From a virus (Duplodnaviria > Heunggongvirae > Uroviricota > Caudoviricetes), in the IMG/VR virus record IMGVR_UViG_2778261503_000003, positions 1 through 6,771 of that record: a stretch of 6,771 nucleotides of DNA, one strand, 5' to 3'. Position numbers and translations under genes: made by a program. Positions 5,708 to 6,771 of the stretch are shown one piece after another (within the stretch, counting starts at the first letter, position 1; every line of letters starts with the position of its first letter). The notes below the pieces were generated by a model that did no database searches, was not told the DNA's origin, and saw nothing but the letters and a program-made list of their open reading frames with translations.

Positions 5708-6771
5708 ATGATGAGTGCTGTCACAACAGCATTACAGCCCCTGATAAGGGCATTGCCGGTGACGCCAGTTGAATGGGCTGATCAAAATTATTATCTGCCT
5801 AAAGAATCTTCATATGGTGAGGGAGAATGGAAAACGCTGCCGTTCCAGATCGCCATCATGAACAGCATGGGGAATGATCAGATCCGGACTGTTAATCTGA
5901 TTAAATCTGCCCGTGTTGGCTATACAAAGATGTTGCTGGGGGTGGTCGGGTATTTTATTGAGCATAAATCCCGAAACAGTCTGCTTTTTCAGCCCACGGA
6001 TTCTGCCGCTGAAGATTTTATGAAGTCTCACGTGGAGGCGACGATTCGGGATGTTCCCTGCCTGAAAAAACTTTCTCCATGGCTGGGGCGTAAACATCGT
6101 GACAATACTCTCACGCTGAAACGCTTTTCATCGGGTGTGGGCTTCTGGTGCCTGGGCGGCGCTGCCGCCAAAAACTACCGTGAAAAATCCGTGGACGTGG
6201 TCTGCTATGACGAACTTTCCTCGTTCGAACCGGATGTCGAAAAAGAGGGTTCGCCAACCCTGCTTGGGGATAAACGTATTGAGGGCTCTGTATGGCCCAA
6301 ATCCATTCGCGGCTCGACGCCTAAAATCAAAGGCACCTGCCAGATCGAAAAAGCGGCCAACGAGTCGGCGCATTTCATGCGTTTTTATGTGCCCTGCCCA
6401 CACTGTGGGGAGGAGCAGTATCTGAAATTTGGCGATGAATCCACGCCTTTTGGCCTTAAATGGGAGAAGGACAGCCCCGAAAGCGTTTTCTACCTCTGTG
6501 AACATCATGGCTGCGTGATCCATCAGTCTGAGCTTGACCAGAGCAACGGGCGGTGGATCTGTGAAAACACGGGGATGTGGACCCGTGACGGTCTGACGTT
6601 TTTCAGCGCCGCGGATAATGAAATTCCGCCGCCGCGCTCCATCACGTTCCATATCTGGACAGCGTACAGTCCATTCACCACCTGGGTACAGATAGTCTAT
6701 GACTGGCTGGATGCACTGAAAGATCCCAACGGCCTGAAAACCTTTGTGAACACCACGCTGGGCGAGACCTG
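5708..6771 (+). CDS. A: Terminase large subunit (gpA-like), 5' portion; runs off the window end
   Basis: ATG at 5708, 1 nt after the nu1 stop. Translation MMSAVTTALQPL...VEWADQNYYLPKESSYGEGEWKTLPFQIAIMNSMG...FWCLGGAAAKNYREKSVDV...VPCPHCGEEQYLKFGD...FVNTTLGET matches lambda gpA as remembered. Absent from the ORF track only because no stop falls in the window. Confidence 0.95.
   Translation, partial: MMSAVTTALQPLIRALPVTPVEWADQNYYLPKESSYGEGEWKTLPFQIAIMNSMGNDQIRTVNLIKSARVGYTKMLLGVVGYFIEHKSRNSLLFQPTDSAAEDFMKSHVEATIRDVPCLKKLSPWLGRKHRDNTLTLKRFSSGVGFWCLGGAAAKNYREKSVDVVCYDELSSFEPDVEKEGSPTLLGDKRIEGSVWPKSIRGSTPKIKGTCQIEKAANESAHFMRFYVPCPHCGEEQYLKFGDESTPFGLKWEKDSPESVFYLCEHHGCVIHQSELDQSNGRWICENTGMWTRDGLTFFSAADNEIPPPRSITFHIWTAYSPFTTWVQIVYDWLDALKDPNGLKTFVNTTLGET

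Noticed and set aside
5810-6652. Minus-strand ORFs 5810..6097 and 6128..6652, and plus-strand ORF 6135..6425
   Set aside because: All lie inside the terminase large subunit gene, whose translation matches gpA along its whole length; these are shadow or out-of-frame ORFs.
1-6771. tRNA genes, CRISPR arrays, rRNA
   Set aside because: No tRNA-like conserved T-arm or anticodon-arm pattern, no regularly spaced direct repeats with unique spacers, and no rRNA-like sequence were seen on either strand.

Overview
This window is the late region of a lambda-like (cos-packaging) prophage from an enterobacterial, E. coli-like genome. It runs from the virion right end (lysis cassette and morons) through a lambda-identical cosN site into the virion left end (terminase genes). 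Left to right: the terminal 77 bp of an IS1 copy; an AT-rich ORF-poor spacer; a small late-region protein; a phage-21-type pinholin; a roughly 690-bp insert between holin and endolysin carrying a 114-codon ORF and a convergent 90-codon antisense ORF; a SAR endolysin; Rz with embedded Rz1; a Rha-family regulator gene with its own terminators and a candidate promoter; an AT-rich leftward two-gene module (RHH-like then DUF1398-like); cosQ/cosN/cosB; terminase small subunit; and the 5' two-thirds of the terminase large subunit. The best candidates for an undescribed system are the insert inside the lysis cassette (1246-1933) and the RHH plus DUF1398-like module beside cos (4101-4802). All family assignments are from reading the translations and from memory of reference phage proteins; no database search was run.
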